Shown here: in pieces, positions 31,315 through 39,604 of the stretch
Numbering within the stretch: the first letter of the stretch is position 1
Layout: every line of letters starts with the position of its first letter
Assembly (NCBI GenBank): GCA_965206165.1
Contig: OZ242194.1
Coordinates: 1,775,451 to 1,839,450 of the forward strand
Direction: 5' to 3'
From: Acidimicrobiales bacterium
GTDB taxonomy: Bacteria > Actinomycetota > Acidimicrobiia > Acidimicrobiales > CATQHL01
DNA: 64,000 nt
Translations under genes and position numbers: made by a program
The notes under the pieces: generated by a model
Told to the model about the DNA's origin: nothing
The model's database searches: none
What the model saw: the letters and a program-made list of their open reading frames with translations, nothing else

Positions 31315-32286
31315 TCAGTCGAAGAGGGTCGGCTGGGGTGGCGGCGATGGCCGGTCCGCCTCGAACGGCTCCCCGTCGGCACGTTCCGCGGGTTCCAGCA
31401 CCGCCGCTTCGAGTTCGTCGAGCGACGTGACCGGCACGGCTCCCCGTTCCTCGAGTTGCGCGTTGCCGGGACCCTCACCCGGCCCTCGCCAAACGGCGAC
31501 CCGACCGAAGCCACCTTTGAGAGCCTGCACGGCGCCCGACCAGGTGCCGCCCTTGTCCACTTCGCTGGCGACGACGAGGGTAAGCGCGGACAAGGCGTAG
31601 ATGAGCCGGTTGCGCCCCATGGCGTTACCGACGCTGAAGGGCGCTTCGGGGTTGTAGGGGGTGCACATGATCGTGCGGCCCTCGTGGATCGCCCGGCGCA
31701 CGTCGGGACTGCGGAGCTTGCGAACCAGCGACTCCGCCAGCACGCCCACCACAACTCCGCCCGCCTCGAAGGCGGCGTTCATTGCGATCTGATCCACCCC
31801 GCGGGCACCGCCGGACACGAGTGGGAGACCCAGCCGGGCCGCCAACTCCGCCGACGCCCCGGCAACGTCGGCGCCGTCGGGAGACACGTTGCGGCTGCCG
31901 ACGACCCCCACGCCTGGCTCGCCGAGCAAGTCGACGGCTCCCGCCGCGTAAAGCAACGCCGGCGCAGCCGACCCGAGCCGCTCGACGAACCGGCGAGGGT
32001 AGTGCTCGTCGAACGGTGTGAGCGTCGAGATGCCCGCCTGCCCGAGGCGCTCCAACTCGAAAGCGATCGCCGTTGCCCGGTCCAGCAACTCGACGATCTT
32101 CGCGGCCAGGTCGGCGGCCAGACCGTGCTCGCCGACAAGCTTGGTCTCGTCGGCGCCCAGAAGCAGGCTCGGCCCGCCGACCAGGTCGCACAGCCCCCAG
32201 AACTCCGACGCCTTCAGGGGCCGGACCTCGTCGTGGCCGATCCGGCTCAACAGCAGGATCGTCGCCAGCGAATCGTCGTGACTCAC
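31315..32286 (-). CDS. DprA/Smf-fold DNA-processing protein-like
   Basis: Rossmann-type DprA motifs GVVGSRNVSPDG, LVSGGARGVDQIAMNAA, GNAMGRNRLIYAL and GGTWSGA. The GTG at 32286 overlaps the upstream gene's TGA (GTGA), implying translational coupling. Confidence 0.85.
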   Translation of the reverse strand: MSHDDSLATILLLSRIGHDEVRPLKASEFWGLCDLVGGPSLLLGADETKLVGEHGLAADLAAKIVELLDRATAIAFELERLGQAGISTLTPFDEHYPRRFVERLGSAAPALLYAAGAVDLLGEPGVGVVGSRNVSPDGADVAGASAELAARLGLPLVSGGARGVDQIAMNAAFEAGGVVVGVLAESLVRKLRSPDVRRAIHEGRTIMCTPYNPEAPFSVGNAMGRNRLIYALSALTLVVASEVDKGGTWSGAVQALKGGFGRVAVWRGPGEGPGNAQLEERGAVPVTSLDELEAAVLEPAERADGEPFEADRPSPPPQPTLFD

Positions 32287-34448
32287 GTGACCGATCTCCC
32301 GGCCGTGTCGGCCAACGCGAACGGGTACACCGGGCCAGCGCCGGCCTCGCGGAGCGTCCCGCCCACGACCGTCAGCGTCCATTTGGAGTCGACGATGTCG
32401 TCCACGAGTAGAACCGGTTCGGAGGCGACGGTCCCACGAATATCGAATGCCTCCCGCACGTTTGCGTACTGTCGGCGGCTGTTCTGCATCGTCTTCTGGG
32501 GCTCAGTGTCCCGGATCTTCACGACGACATCTTCACACGGGAGCCCCAGCGCCGTTGCCAGCCGCTCGGCGAAGTCCGCCACCAACCCGGGATTCCGCAG
32601 CGAGGGCACGAAGGTCACCCAGGTCGGTGGTGGTGCCGGCTTCCAGCGATTCCGGATCAGATCCCCGGCAGCGCTGACGAGTTGGTCATCGAATCGCCCC
32701 AGTTCCTGCTTGCCCGCCCGGACGAGGCGTCCCCAGCCGCTGTCACCCCACACCGACAGCGCATGCCCCGGCTCGAGCCGATGGTCGGCTGCTATCCGAC
32801 CTCCACCCGGTATCTGCTTGCGGGGTTCAATGGCTCGCCCGGCTTTGCGTAGGTGATCCACTGCATGCTGGACGGTCGCCGGGTCGAATGGGATGGCGAG
32901 GCTGTCACCGGTGCAGTTGTCGCAGATCCCGCACGGCTCCGCCGTCGTATCGTCGAGATAGAGCCCGAGCAGTTGCATGCGACACCGGTCCGTGCGGACG
33001 TAGTCGAGCATCTGCCCCTGCTCGGTCCTGCGCAGGGCGGTTACCGACTCGACCCGGGCGTGGTCGAACGTCCATTCCCCGAGAGTTCGCAGCCAGCGGT
33101 TGCCGGCGCGCTCGACTGCACCGTCGACCTCCAGGTTCTTGAGAAGCGACTCCATCTGCGTCGACCGGACATTGAAGGATGCGAGCAGGTCGCCGGTGGA
33201 CATTGGCTCTGCCCGCTCCTCGAGGAGTGCCACGACGCGTTCAGCGAGATCAGGGGGAGGGAACGCCGAGCGGATGAAGTAGTCCTGGATGTCGGCGTCC
33301 TCGGTGCCGCGCAGCAGGATGCCCCAGGATGTATCGAGCGCCCGCCCGGCACGGCCGACCTGCTGGTAGTACGCAATCGGCGATCCCGGCGACTGGTAGT
33401 GGATCACGAAGGAGAGGTCGGGCTTGTCGAAGCCCATGCCGAGTGCCGAGGTGGCCACCACCGCCTTCACCTCGTTGGATAGGAGGGCCTGCTCGGTTTC
33501 GATCCGCTCGTCGGAATCCGTGCCGCCGCTGTAGGCGATGGCGTTGATTCCCACCGATCGCAGCCAGCCCGCAACCCGCTCGGTGTCGGCGACGGTGAGG
33601 CAGTACACGATGCCTGTCCCGTCCAGTTCCGGGATCACCTCGGCGAGCCAGGTCAGGCGCTCGGCCTGCGAGGGGATGTCGAGCGCGTGCAGTCGCAGGC
33701 CGGCGCGCCGCAGCGGACCCCGCACCAGGGGAAGACCCGAGCCGAGTTGTATGGCGACATCCTCAGTCACGCGGTCGTTCGCAGTTGCCGTGCAGCACAG
33801 GACGGGTACGCCGGCCGGCAGGAGCCCCAGAACACGGGTGATGCGCCGGTAGTCGGGGCGGAAGTCGTGGCCCCAGTCGGAGATGCAGTGCGCCTCGTCG
33901 ATAACAAGGAGGCCGCTGCGACGTCCGACCTCAGGCAGGACCTCGGTGCGGAACTTCGGGTTGGCCAGCCGCTCGGGCGAGATCAGCAGCAGGTCGACTA
34001 CGCCCTCGGCGAGCCTCCCCAGTACGAGATCCCAATCGGCTTGGTTGGTGCTGTTGATCGTCTCGGCTCGCACCCCCATCCGCTGCGCCGCCTCGATCTG
34101 GTTGCGCATGAGCGCCAGCAGCGGCGAGACCAGCAGCGTCGGCCCGGTGCCCCGGTCCCGCAGCATGCGGGTGGCGATGAAGTACACGGCGCTCTTGCCC
34201 CACCCGGTCCGCTGCACCAGCAGCACCCGCTCCCGCCGCCCCACCAGCCGCTCGATCGCCTCCAGCTGGCTCGGCCGAAAGTCCGCCCCCGGATCCCCGG
34301 TGAGCCGCCGCAGCAACTCCAGAGCCTCACGACCGAGCGAATCGCCCGCTGCCACTACGTCGACCAGTTGCCTCATGTCCCCAGAGCGTACGAACCTCCT
34401 GTGACACACCACGGTGTCGCGACCGAGTCGAACCGCGTGGCGTGCCAT
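32283..34448 (-). CDS. RecQ-family helicase fused to a C-terminal ComF/ComFC-like phosphoribosyltransferase-fold domain
   Basis: Walker A QRTGWGKS. RecQ DEAH box VIDEAHCISDWGHDFRPDY. Motif VI YYQQVGRAGR. Cys cluster CRMQ...CGICDNC. The C-terminal 170 aa or so carry TWVTFVPS, QKTMQNSRRQYANVREAF and PVLLVDDIVDSKWT. The start is ATG 34448 (GGAG upstream) or ATG 34376. Confidence 0.85.
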   Translation of the reverse strand: MARHAVRLGRDTVVCHRRFVRSGDMRQLVDVVAAGDSLGREALELLRRLTGDPGADFRPSQLEAIERLVGRRERVLLVQRTGWGKSAVYFIATRMLRDRGTGPTLLVSPLLALMRNQIEAAQRMGVRAETINSTNQADWDLVLGRLAEGVVDLLLISPERLANPKFRTEVLPEVGRRSGLLVIDEAHCISDWGHDFRPDYRRITRVLGLLPAGVPVLCCTATANDRVTEDVAIQLGSGLPLVRGPLRRAGLRLHALDIPSQAERLTWLAEVIPELDGTGIVYCLTVADTERVAGWLRSVGINAIAYSGGTDSDERIETEQALLSNEVKAVVATSALGMGFDKPDLSFVIHYQSPGSPIAYYQQVGRAGRALDTSWGILLRGTEDADIQDYFIRSAFPPPDLAERVVALLEERAEPMSTGDLLASFNVRSTQMESLLKNLEVDGAVERAGNRWLRTLGEWTFDHARVESVTALRRTEQGQMLDYVRTDRCRMQLLGLYLDDTTAEPCGICDNCTGDSLAIPFDPATVQHAVDHLRKAGRAIEPRKQIPGGGRIAADHRLEPGHALSVWGDSGWGRLVRAGKQELGRFDDQLVSAAGDLIRNRWKPAPPPTWVTFVPSLRNPGLVADFAERLATALGLPCEDVVVKIRDTEPQKTMQNSRRQYANVREAFDIRGTVASEPVLLVDDIVDSKWTLTVVGGTLREAGAGPVYPFALADTAGRSVT

Positions 34449-34576
34449 CTGGAGTCTCCGAGTGGGGTGATTGCCTACTAGTCCCGTCACTCTGGTCTAG
34501 CTCTGGCCCAGTGCGCGAGGAGCGAGCCGATTTGCACGTTTGCAGGCTCAGCTACGTCGCGCTGAGGAAAGATCGG

Positions 34577-35290
34577 TCAGGTCTGCGGTTCGAACCCGGG
34601 TAGATGAATTTTCTCGATTCGATCTGTACTTCGCTTCGCCCAGCGCATGATCTCGACCGCGCTGGGGTGATCCGTCGCGTGGAACATCTGGTACTGCGGG
34701 CGACCGCTGCTCGGATCTATGATCGTCTGTGGGAATACGTACTGATAGCCAAGCCCACGAAGACGATCGGCGAACCGGCATATGAGTGCACTGGATGGAC
34801 GTTGACTCTCCCATAAGTCCCACCAAGCATCTCGCCCACCCAACATGCGATCAAGCGTTTGGGGGCTGAACGACTCGGGATACCGGATACGGTCACGGGG
34901 CCATAGCCGGTTGATCACCTGATGCGAATTGAAGAGAATCCACAGTTCGACTTTGCAGCGCTTGGAGTTCTCTCCCGGCGGCGGTGGCACATAGGTCTTC
35001 CAGGCAGCAAGTGCCTCGATTGTTCGCCAGTCAAGCTGCGTCGACTCCTGATCTAAAAGAGCGAAACAGGGACGCTGCTCGTCAAGGTTGCCGCTGTCCA
35101 GAAGTGCGGGAATCACCACGTTGCAGTCTCCCGGGAGGATGTGGATCCGGCTGCGTTGTCGGGCACTCAAGGACTGAATTGCAGTTTCGAGCGTCTGGAG
35201 ATGCGTACTATTCTTTTCGACGAGGTAAAGATGAGCAAATGCCCGGCTCGTGGCTGCGATAAGAGAGGATCCATCGGAATCGAAAGGGTC
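34577..35290 (-). pseudogene. tcmP: TcmP (three-Cys-motif partner protein)-like gene, 5'-truncated by the IS30 end
   Basis: The reading frame continues out of the IS30 left end. Gene-derived sequence starts at DPFDSDGSSLIAATSRAFAHLYLVEKN and runs 237 aa to the stop. It lacks the N-terminal 50 aa or so of the family. Confidence 0.65.
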
Positions 35291-36033
35291 GGCCAGTTCC
35301 ATCGGTCGGTGCACGGTTCCGGTCATGATGACCGGTGCCAACACAAGCACCAACCGATGGAGGTACCAGCATGCCAGGCGCACCGCTGGAGTTGCACGAA
35401 CGCGAGGAGATCTTCCGCGCGCTGGTCGAGGATCTGCAGGCGGGTTGGGCCGCTATCGGTCGTCGGGTGGGTCGACATCCCACGACGGTGGCCCGGGAGA
35501 TCAACGCCGGGGGCGGCCGTGAGCGCTACGGGCCGGCGGCGGCGCAGCGGCGCGCCGAGGTGGCGCGGCGACGGGCGCGGCGGCGCCGCTTGGAGGCGCC
35601 GGGGCCGCTGCGGGACCGCATCTGCGCTGAGTTGCGCCGGGGGCGTTCCCCCGCGGCGATCCGCGCGGACCTCGCCGCGGAGGGCGTGGAGGCGCCGCCG
35701 TGCGTCGAGACCGTCTACCAGGCGCTCTACAGCGGTGCCCTGGACGTGAAACCCGCTGAGTGTCTGCGCCGCCGCCGCCGGCGCAGACGCTGCCGGCAAC
35801 AGCGCAACCCCCGGTCGCGGCCGGGCGGGCCGAACATCGCCGCCCGCCCCGCGGCGGTGAACGAGCGCGCCGAGGCGGGCCACTGGGAGGTCGATCAGAT
35901 CATCGGCGCCTACAACCGGTCCTCGATGATCTGGTTGACCGAACGCCAAAGCCGCTACCTGATACCGGTCACCATGCCCGACGGTTACGACGCCGACGCC
36001 GTCCTCGCCGGCCTCATCGAGGGCCTCGACACC
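35291..36033 (+). mobile_element. IS30-family element copy A: left inverted repeat plus 5' two-thirds of the transposase, truncated
   Basis: IRL is GGCCAGTTCCATCGGTCGGTGCACGG at 35291. The transposase ATG is at 35371 (MPGAPLELHEREEI..., HTH, then HWEVDQIIG...MIWLTERQSRYL). Homology to copy B stops after ...GLDT at about 36033. Confidence 0.8.
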
Positions 36034-36812
36034 CCGGCGTCTTCGGCGGGGTCGACACGCACAAGCACACCCACGTCGCAGCGGTCCTCGACGCCGCCGG
36101 GCGTCTGCTGGGCACCGCAGCATTCGACGCGGACACCGCCGGCTACGCCGCGCTGCTGGAGTGGCTCAGGGGCCACGGCAGCGTCGAGCGCGTCGGTGTG
36201 GAGGGGACCGGCTCCTACGGCGCGGGCCTCGCCCGCAGCCTCGCAGCCGCGGACGTCGACGTCGTCGACGTGAACCGCCCCAACCGCCAGATGCGCCGCC
36301 GCCGCGGCAACACCGACACCGTCGACGCGGAGGCAGCAGCGCGGGCCGCGCTCAACGGCGACGCCGCGGTGGCGCCCAAGAGCGCCGACGGGTGCGTCGA
36401 GGCGATCAGGACCCTCGGCGTGGCGCGCCGCTCCGCGGTCAAGGCCCGCACCGTTGCCGCCAACCAGATCGACGCTGTCGTCGTGACCGCCCCCGAGCAC
36501 CTCAAAGACCGCCTGCGGACGCTGAACACAGCCCGCACCGTGGAGGCCTGCGCCCGGCTGCGACATCCCGGCACAGACAGCGATCCTGTGCTCGCCGCGG
36601 CCAAGCAGGCGCTGCGCTCCCTGGCCCGCCGCCACCAGGCGCTCACCGCGGAGATCAAGCACCTCGACGCCGAGCTGCGCCGCCTGTGCGAACGAGTCAA
36701 CCCGGCGCTGCTGGGCGCTCGCGGCGTCGGCGCTGAGACCGCGGCTGCGCTGCTCGTCGCCGCCGGGGACAACCCCGACAGGATGCGCAGCGAGGCGTCG
36801 TTCGCCGCCCTC
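36034..36812 (+). mobile_element. IS110-family transposase fragment (both ends missing)
   Basis: The fragment begins inside the DEDD domain (GVFGGVDTHKHTHVAAVLD) with no start codon. It carries VGVEGTGSYG and ends in the Transposase_20 region at ...SEASFAAL, where the sequence switches to AT-richer DNA. Confidence 0.8.
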
Positions 36813-37106
36813 TTGGTTCCGCCAATCCCGAAGCCTCGACGATAATGTAATTGAGACTGCTACCCCGGTGGGCGAACTGGTCGATGGCGTCGTCAAGGTT
36901 TTCTCCTTCCAGGCTGCAGCAGATGCAGCTGTTGCTCAGATCCAAAGCCACGTCGGTCTGGAAGAAACGAGCATCGAGTCGATGTTGACCTCGCCGAAGT
37001 CGTTGATAATGGCGCCGAGTTTCAGGCGCTGGTCGTTCTTAAGGAGATGGTTGAGCAGGCTGGTTTTGCCGGCTCCCACGATGCTGGTTAATATTTTCCC
37101 AGTCTT
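36813..37106 (-). pseudogene. CobW/G3E-family P-loop GTPase remnant (frameshifted, 3'-truncated)
   Basis: The minus strand reads ...ILTSIVGAGKTSLLNHLLKNDQRLKLGAIINDFGEVNIDS, then needs a frameshift near 36962 to continue as ...DLSNSCICCSLEGENLDDAIDQF...YIIVEASGLAEP. No convincing start codon is present, and the remnant ends at the IS110 junction. Confidence 0.65.
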
Positions 37107-37153
37107 TATTATCTGTCAGTTTGAAGATTCGACACTTTGTTCTTGTATGTTTG

Positions 37154-37191
37154 TGACTGCCGCTCTCCTATTAAAAAGAGAGCGGCAGTCA
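37154..37191 (-). terminator. Perfect 14-bp stem hairpin 30 nt downstream of the acidic-repeat gene (putative terminator)
   Basis: TGACTGCCGCTCTC-(10 nt A/T loop)-GAGAGCGGCAGTCA was read directly. There is no classical U-tract after the stem. Confidence 0.45.
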
Positions 37192-37220
37192 ATCCGGGGC
37201 AATCAACCTTAGCGTAATGC

Positions 37221-38327
37221 CTAGAAATCAGTCCATCTTCCTGACACCCATTCACCTTCTCTGGGATGATCAAGGTGATAGCATGCAGGAATAAATATAT
37301 CGAAGTACCATTCTTCTCCGTATTCGAAACAAGCCAGCTGAGCCGTCAAGAACTCGAATTCCGCGAACGTTTGACCGACACACATGCCCCACGTTACATC
37401 CCACTCGCAATTATGCTGGTTACCCAAATCGCGTATGGCGATTTGGGTATCTTCGGGGTGATTGTGGCATTGCTTATACTCATCCTCGTACCAGCCGCAA
37501 GCAGTTGTAAAATCATGGATCCTCATCACTTCCTCCCAAAAATCACTATTGGGAGGAAGTGGACCTAGATTTTCTGGAGCGGCGGTCGTCGTAGTCGTCG
37601 GCACTTCGATATCCTCCTCTTCCTGTTGATCCTCAACCGGAGCGGCGGTCGTCGTAGTCGTCGGCTCTTCAACCGGAACGGTCGTCGTAGTCGTCGGCAC
37701 TTCCGGGTCCTCCTCTTCCTGTTGATCCTCAACTGGAGCGGTGGTCGTCGTAGTCGTCGGCTCTTCAACCGGAACGGTCGTCGTAGTCGTCGGCGGTTCC
37801 TCGGGACCCTCCTCTGGTGATCTGGTGCCGAGCGGTTCCTCGGCATCGTCTTCTACCTGCTGGTCTTCAGCCGGAGCGGCGGTCGTCGCGGTCGCCGGCG
37901 CCTCCTCGGCATCGTCTTCTACCTGCTGGTCTTCAGCCGGAGCGACGGTCGTCGCGGTCGCCGGCCCTTCCGAGTCCTCCTCTTCCTGCTGATCTTCAAC
38001 TGGAGCGACGGTCGTCGCGGTCGCCGGCCCTTCCGAGTCCTCCTCTTCCTGTTGATCTTCAACTGGAGCGGTGGTCGTCGTGGTCGTCGGCCCTTCCGAG
38101 TCCTCCTCTTCCTGCTGGTCTGTGCCGACTTGTTCCGGTTCGGAGACTGTTTGACCCGTTGTCTCGACTCCCTGCTCTTCCTTTTCCGCATCATCGTCGG
38201 TCAACTGCCAGGCGGCGTAAACGCCTGCTGCGACAATGATGATGCCGGCGGCGGTCCACAGGGCTCCTTTCAAGGACAAAGAGATGCCTTTGAACATGGA
38301 TTTACTTCCCGCGTTTCTGGTATCCAT
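37221..38327 (-). CDS. Membrane-anchored hyper-acidic Thr/Glu/Asp repeat protein with a Cys-rich C-terminal domain (orphan)
   Basis: N-terminal TM helix (ALWTAAGIIIVAAGVYAAW). About 250 aa of 21-aa-type acidic repeats (APVEDQQEEEDSEGPATATTV). A C-terminal domain of about 110 aa holds 6 Cys and many Trp/Tyr. Codon third positions are far more A/T-rich than in the neighbours. An alternative start at ATG 38297 follows GGGAAG. Confidence 0.7.
   Translation of the reverse strand: MDTRNAGSKSMFKGISLSLKGALWTAAGIIIVAAGVYAAWQLTDDDAEKEEQGVETTGQTVSEPEQVGTDQQEEEDSEGPTTTTTTAPVEDQQEEEDSEGPATATTVAPVEDQQEEEDSEGPATATTVAPAEDQQVEDDAEEAPATATTAAPAEDQQVEDDAEEPLGTRSPEEGPEEPPTTTTTVPVEEPTTTTTTAPVEDQQEEEDPEVPTTTTTVPVEEPTTTTTAAPVEDQQEEEDIEVPTTTTTAAPENLGPLPPNSDFWEEVMRIHDFTTACGWYEDEYKQCHNHPEDTQIAIRDLGNQHNCEWDVTWGMCVGQTFAEFEFLTAQLACFEYGEEWYFDIFIPACYHLDHPREGEWVSGRWTDF
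37577..38125 (-). repeat. In-frame tandem coding repeats (about 63-bp units and variants) within the acidic protein gene
   Basis: Repeated blocks such as GGTCGTCGCGGTCGCCGGCCCTTCCGAGTCCTCCTCTTCCTG(C/T)TGATCTTCAACTGGAGCG are visible on the plus strand. Confidence 0.8.
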
Positions 38328-38337
38328 ATCGTGTGTC

Positions 38338-39396
38338 GGCCAGTTCCATCGGTCGGTGCACGGTTCCGGTCATGATGGCCGGTGCCAACACAAGCACCGA
38401 CCGATGAAGGTACCAGCATGCCAGGCGCACCGCTGGAGTTGCACGAACGCGAGGAGATCGGCCGCGCGCTGATGGCTGACCCGATGGCGAGTTGGGCGGC
38501 GGTCGCCCGCCGGGTGGGTCGTCACCCGTCGACGATCGCCCGGGAGGTCGACCGCGGGGGTGGTTGTGGCCGCTACGGACCGGCGACGGCGCAGCGGCGC
38601 GCCGAGCGGGCGTCGCGCCGCCCGCGGCGGCGCCTCTTGGCGGTTCGGGGCGCCGCTGCGGGAACGGATCGCCACCGAGTTGCGCCTGGGGCGCTCCCCG
38701 GTGGCGATCCGGTCGGACCTCGTCGCCGAGGACGCGCCGGGGCGGCCCTGCGTGGAGACCATCTACCAGGCGATCTATGACGGCGCGCTGGGGGTGCGCC
38801 CGAGTGAGTGTCTGCGCAGCCGCCGCCGGCGGCGGCGACCGCGACAATGCCGCAGGTCAACGAGGCGCCCGACGCCGGCGAACATCTCCAGGCGACCAGA
38901 CGCGGTCAACGACCGCCGCGAGGGCGGGCACTGGGAAGGCGACCAGATCATCGGCGCCAACAACCGCTCGTCGATGATCTGGCTCACCGAACGCCAAAGC
39001 CGCTACCTGATACCGGTCACCATGCCCGACGGCTACACCGCCGCCGCCCTCGCCGGCCTCATCGAAGGCTTCGACACCATCCCCGACCGGCTGCGCCGCA
39101 GCGTGACGTTCGATCAAGGCCCCGAATGGGCCAACTGGAGCACCCTGGCCGCCCACTACAGCATCGACGTGTGGTTCTGCGACCCCCACTCGCCGCGCCA
39201 ACGCGGCCAGATCGACAACCTCAACCGCCAAGCGCGCTGATGGTTCCCCCGCGGCACCGACCTCCGCCTCGTCACCCCTGCCCAAGCAGAACACGCCGCC
39301 AACATCATCAACAACCAGCGCCGCCGCAGCCTCAACTACCGAACACCAGCAGAACTGTACGCTGCCCTCACCGTGCACTGACCACTAGAACTGGCC
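38338..39396 (+). mobile_element. IS30-family element copy B, complete ends but inactivated transposase
   Basis: IRL is GGCCAGTTCCATCGGTCGGTGCACGG (38338). IRR (39371-39396) reverse-complements to GGCCAGTTCTAGTGGTCAGTGCACGG. Total length is about 1.06 kb. It is similar but clearly not identical to copy A. Confidence 0.85.
38418..39381 (+). pseudogene. IS30-family transposase with a frameshift (about 38630) and an in-frame TGA (39238)
   Basis: The N-terminal HTH part lies in the frame of ATG 38418. The DDE part (HWEGDQIIG, MIWLTERQSRYL, VTFDQGPEW, CDPHSPRQRGQ) lies in the frame of ORF 38560..39240. After the TGA the same frame continues as WFPRGTDL...RTPAELY. Confidence 0.8.
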
Positions 39397-39601
39397 GTGG
39401 GTTGTTGATGGACAGTGCGATTCGTGAGGATCCGTCCAGTGTCTCGTTTGTATAGCGTTCCCTATTTTCTGGTTGGCCGCCGAAGATATCAAGATAGAGC
39501 ACTTCGGTGGACTTCCCTTTCGTCGTCGTGGTGAACTTATTGAGATACTCGCGCAACATGGCGAGTTTGCCTCGTGTCCAGAAGCCCCAGTATCTTCCCA
39601 T
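39397..39601 (-). pseudogene. tcmP: TcmP-like gene, N-terminal 68 codons only, cut by the IS30 copy B right end
   Basis: MGRYWGFWTRGKLAMLREYLNKFTTTTKGKSTEVLYLDIFGGQPENRERYTNETLDGSSRIALSINNP, after which the frame reads into the IS IRR. The ATG at 39601 lies 4 nt after the Gp37/Gp68 stop. Confidence 0.65.
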
Positions 39602-39604
39602 CGC

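Noticed and set aside
35985-36896. A 303-aa minus-strand ORF across the IS110 fragment.
   Set aside because: It is antisense to clear IS110 transposase motifs on the plus strand (DTHKHTHVAAV, VGVEGTGSYG), so it is a shadow ORF.
37577-38125. Regularly repeated DNA units that could be taken for a CRISPR array or a satellite.
   Set aside because: The units are contiguous with no spacers. They are in frame and translate to acidic 21-aa protein repeats inside a single ORF. No cas genes lie nearby.
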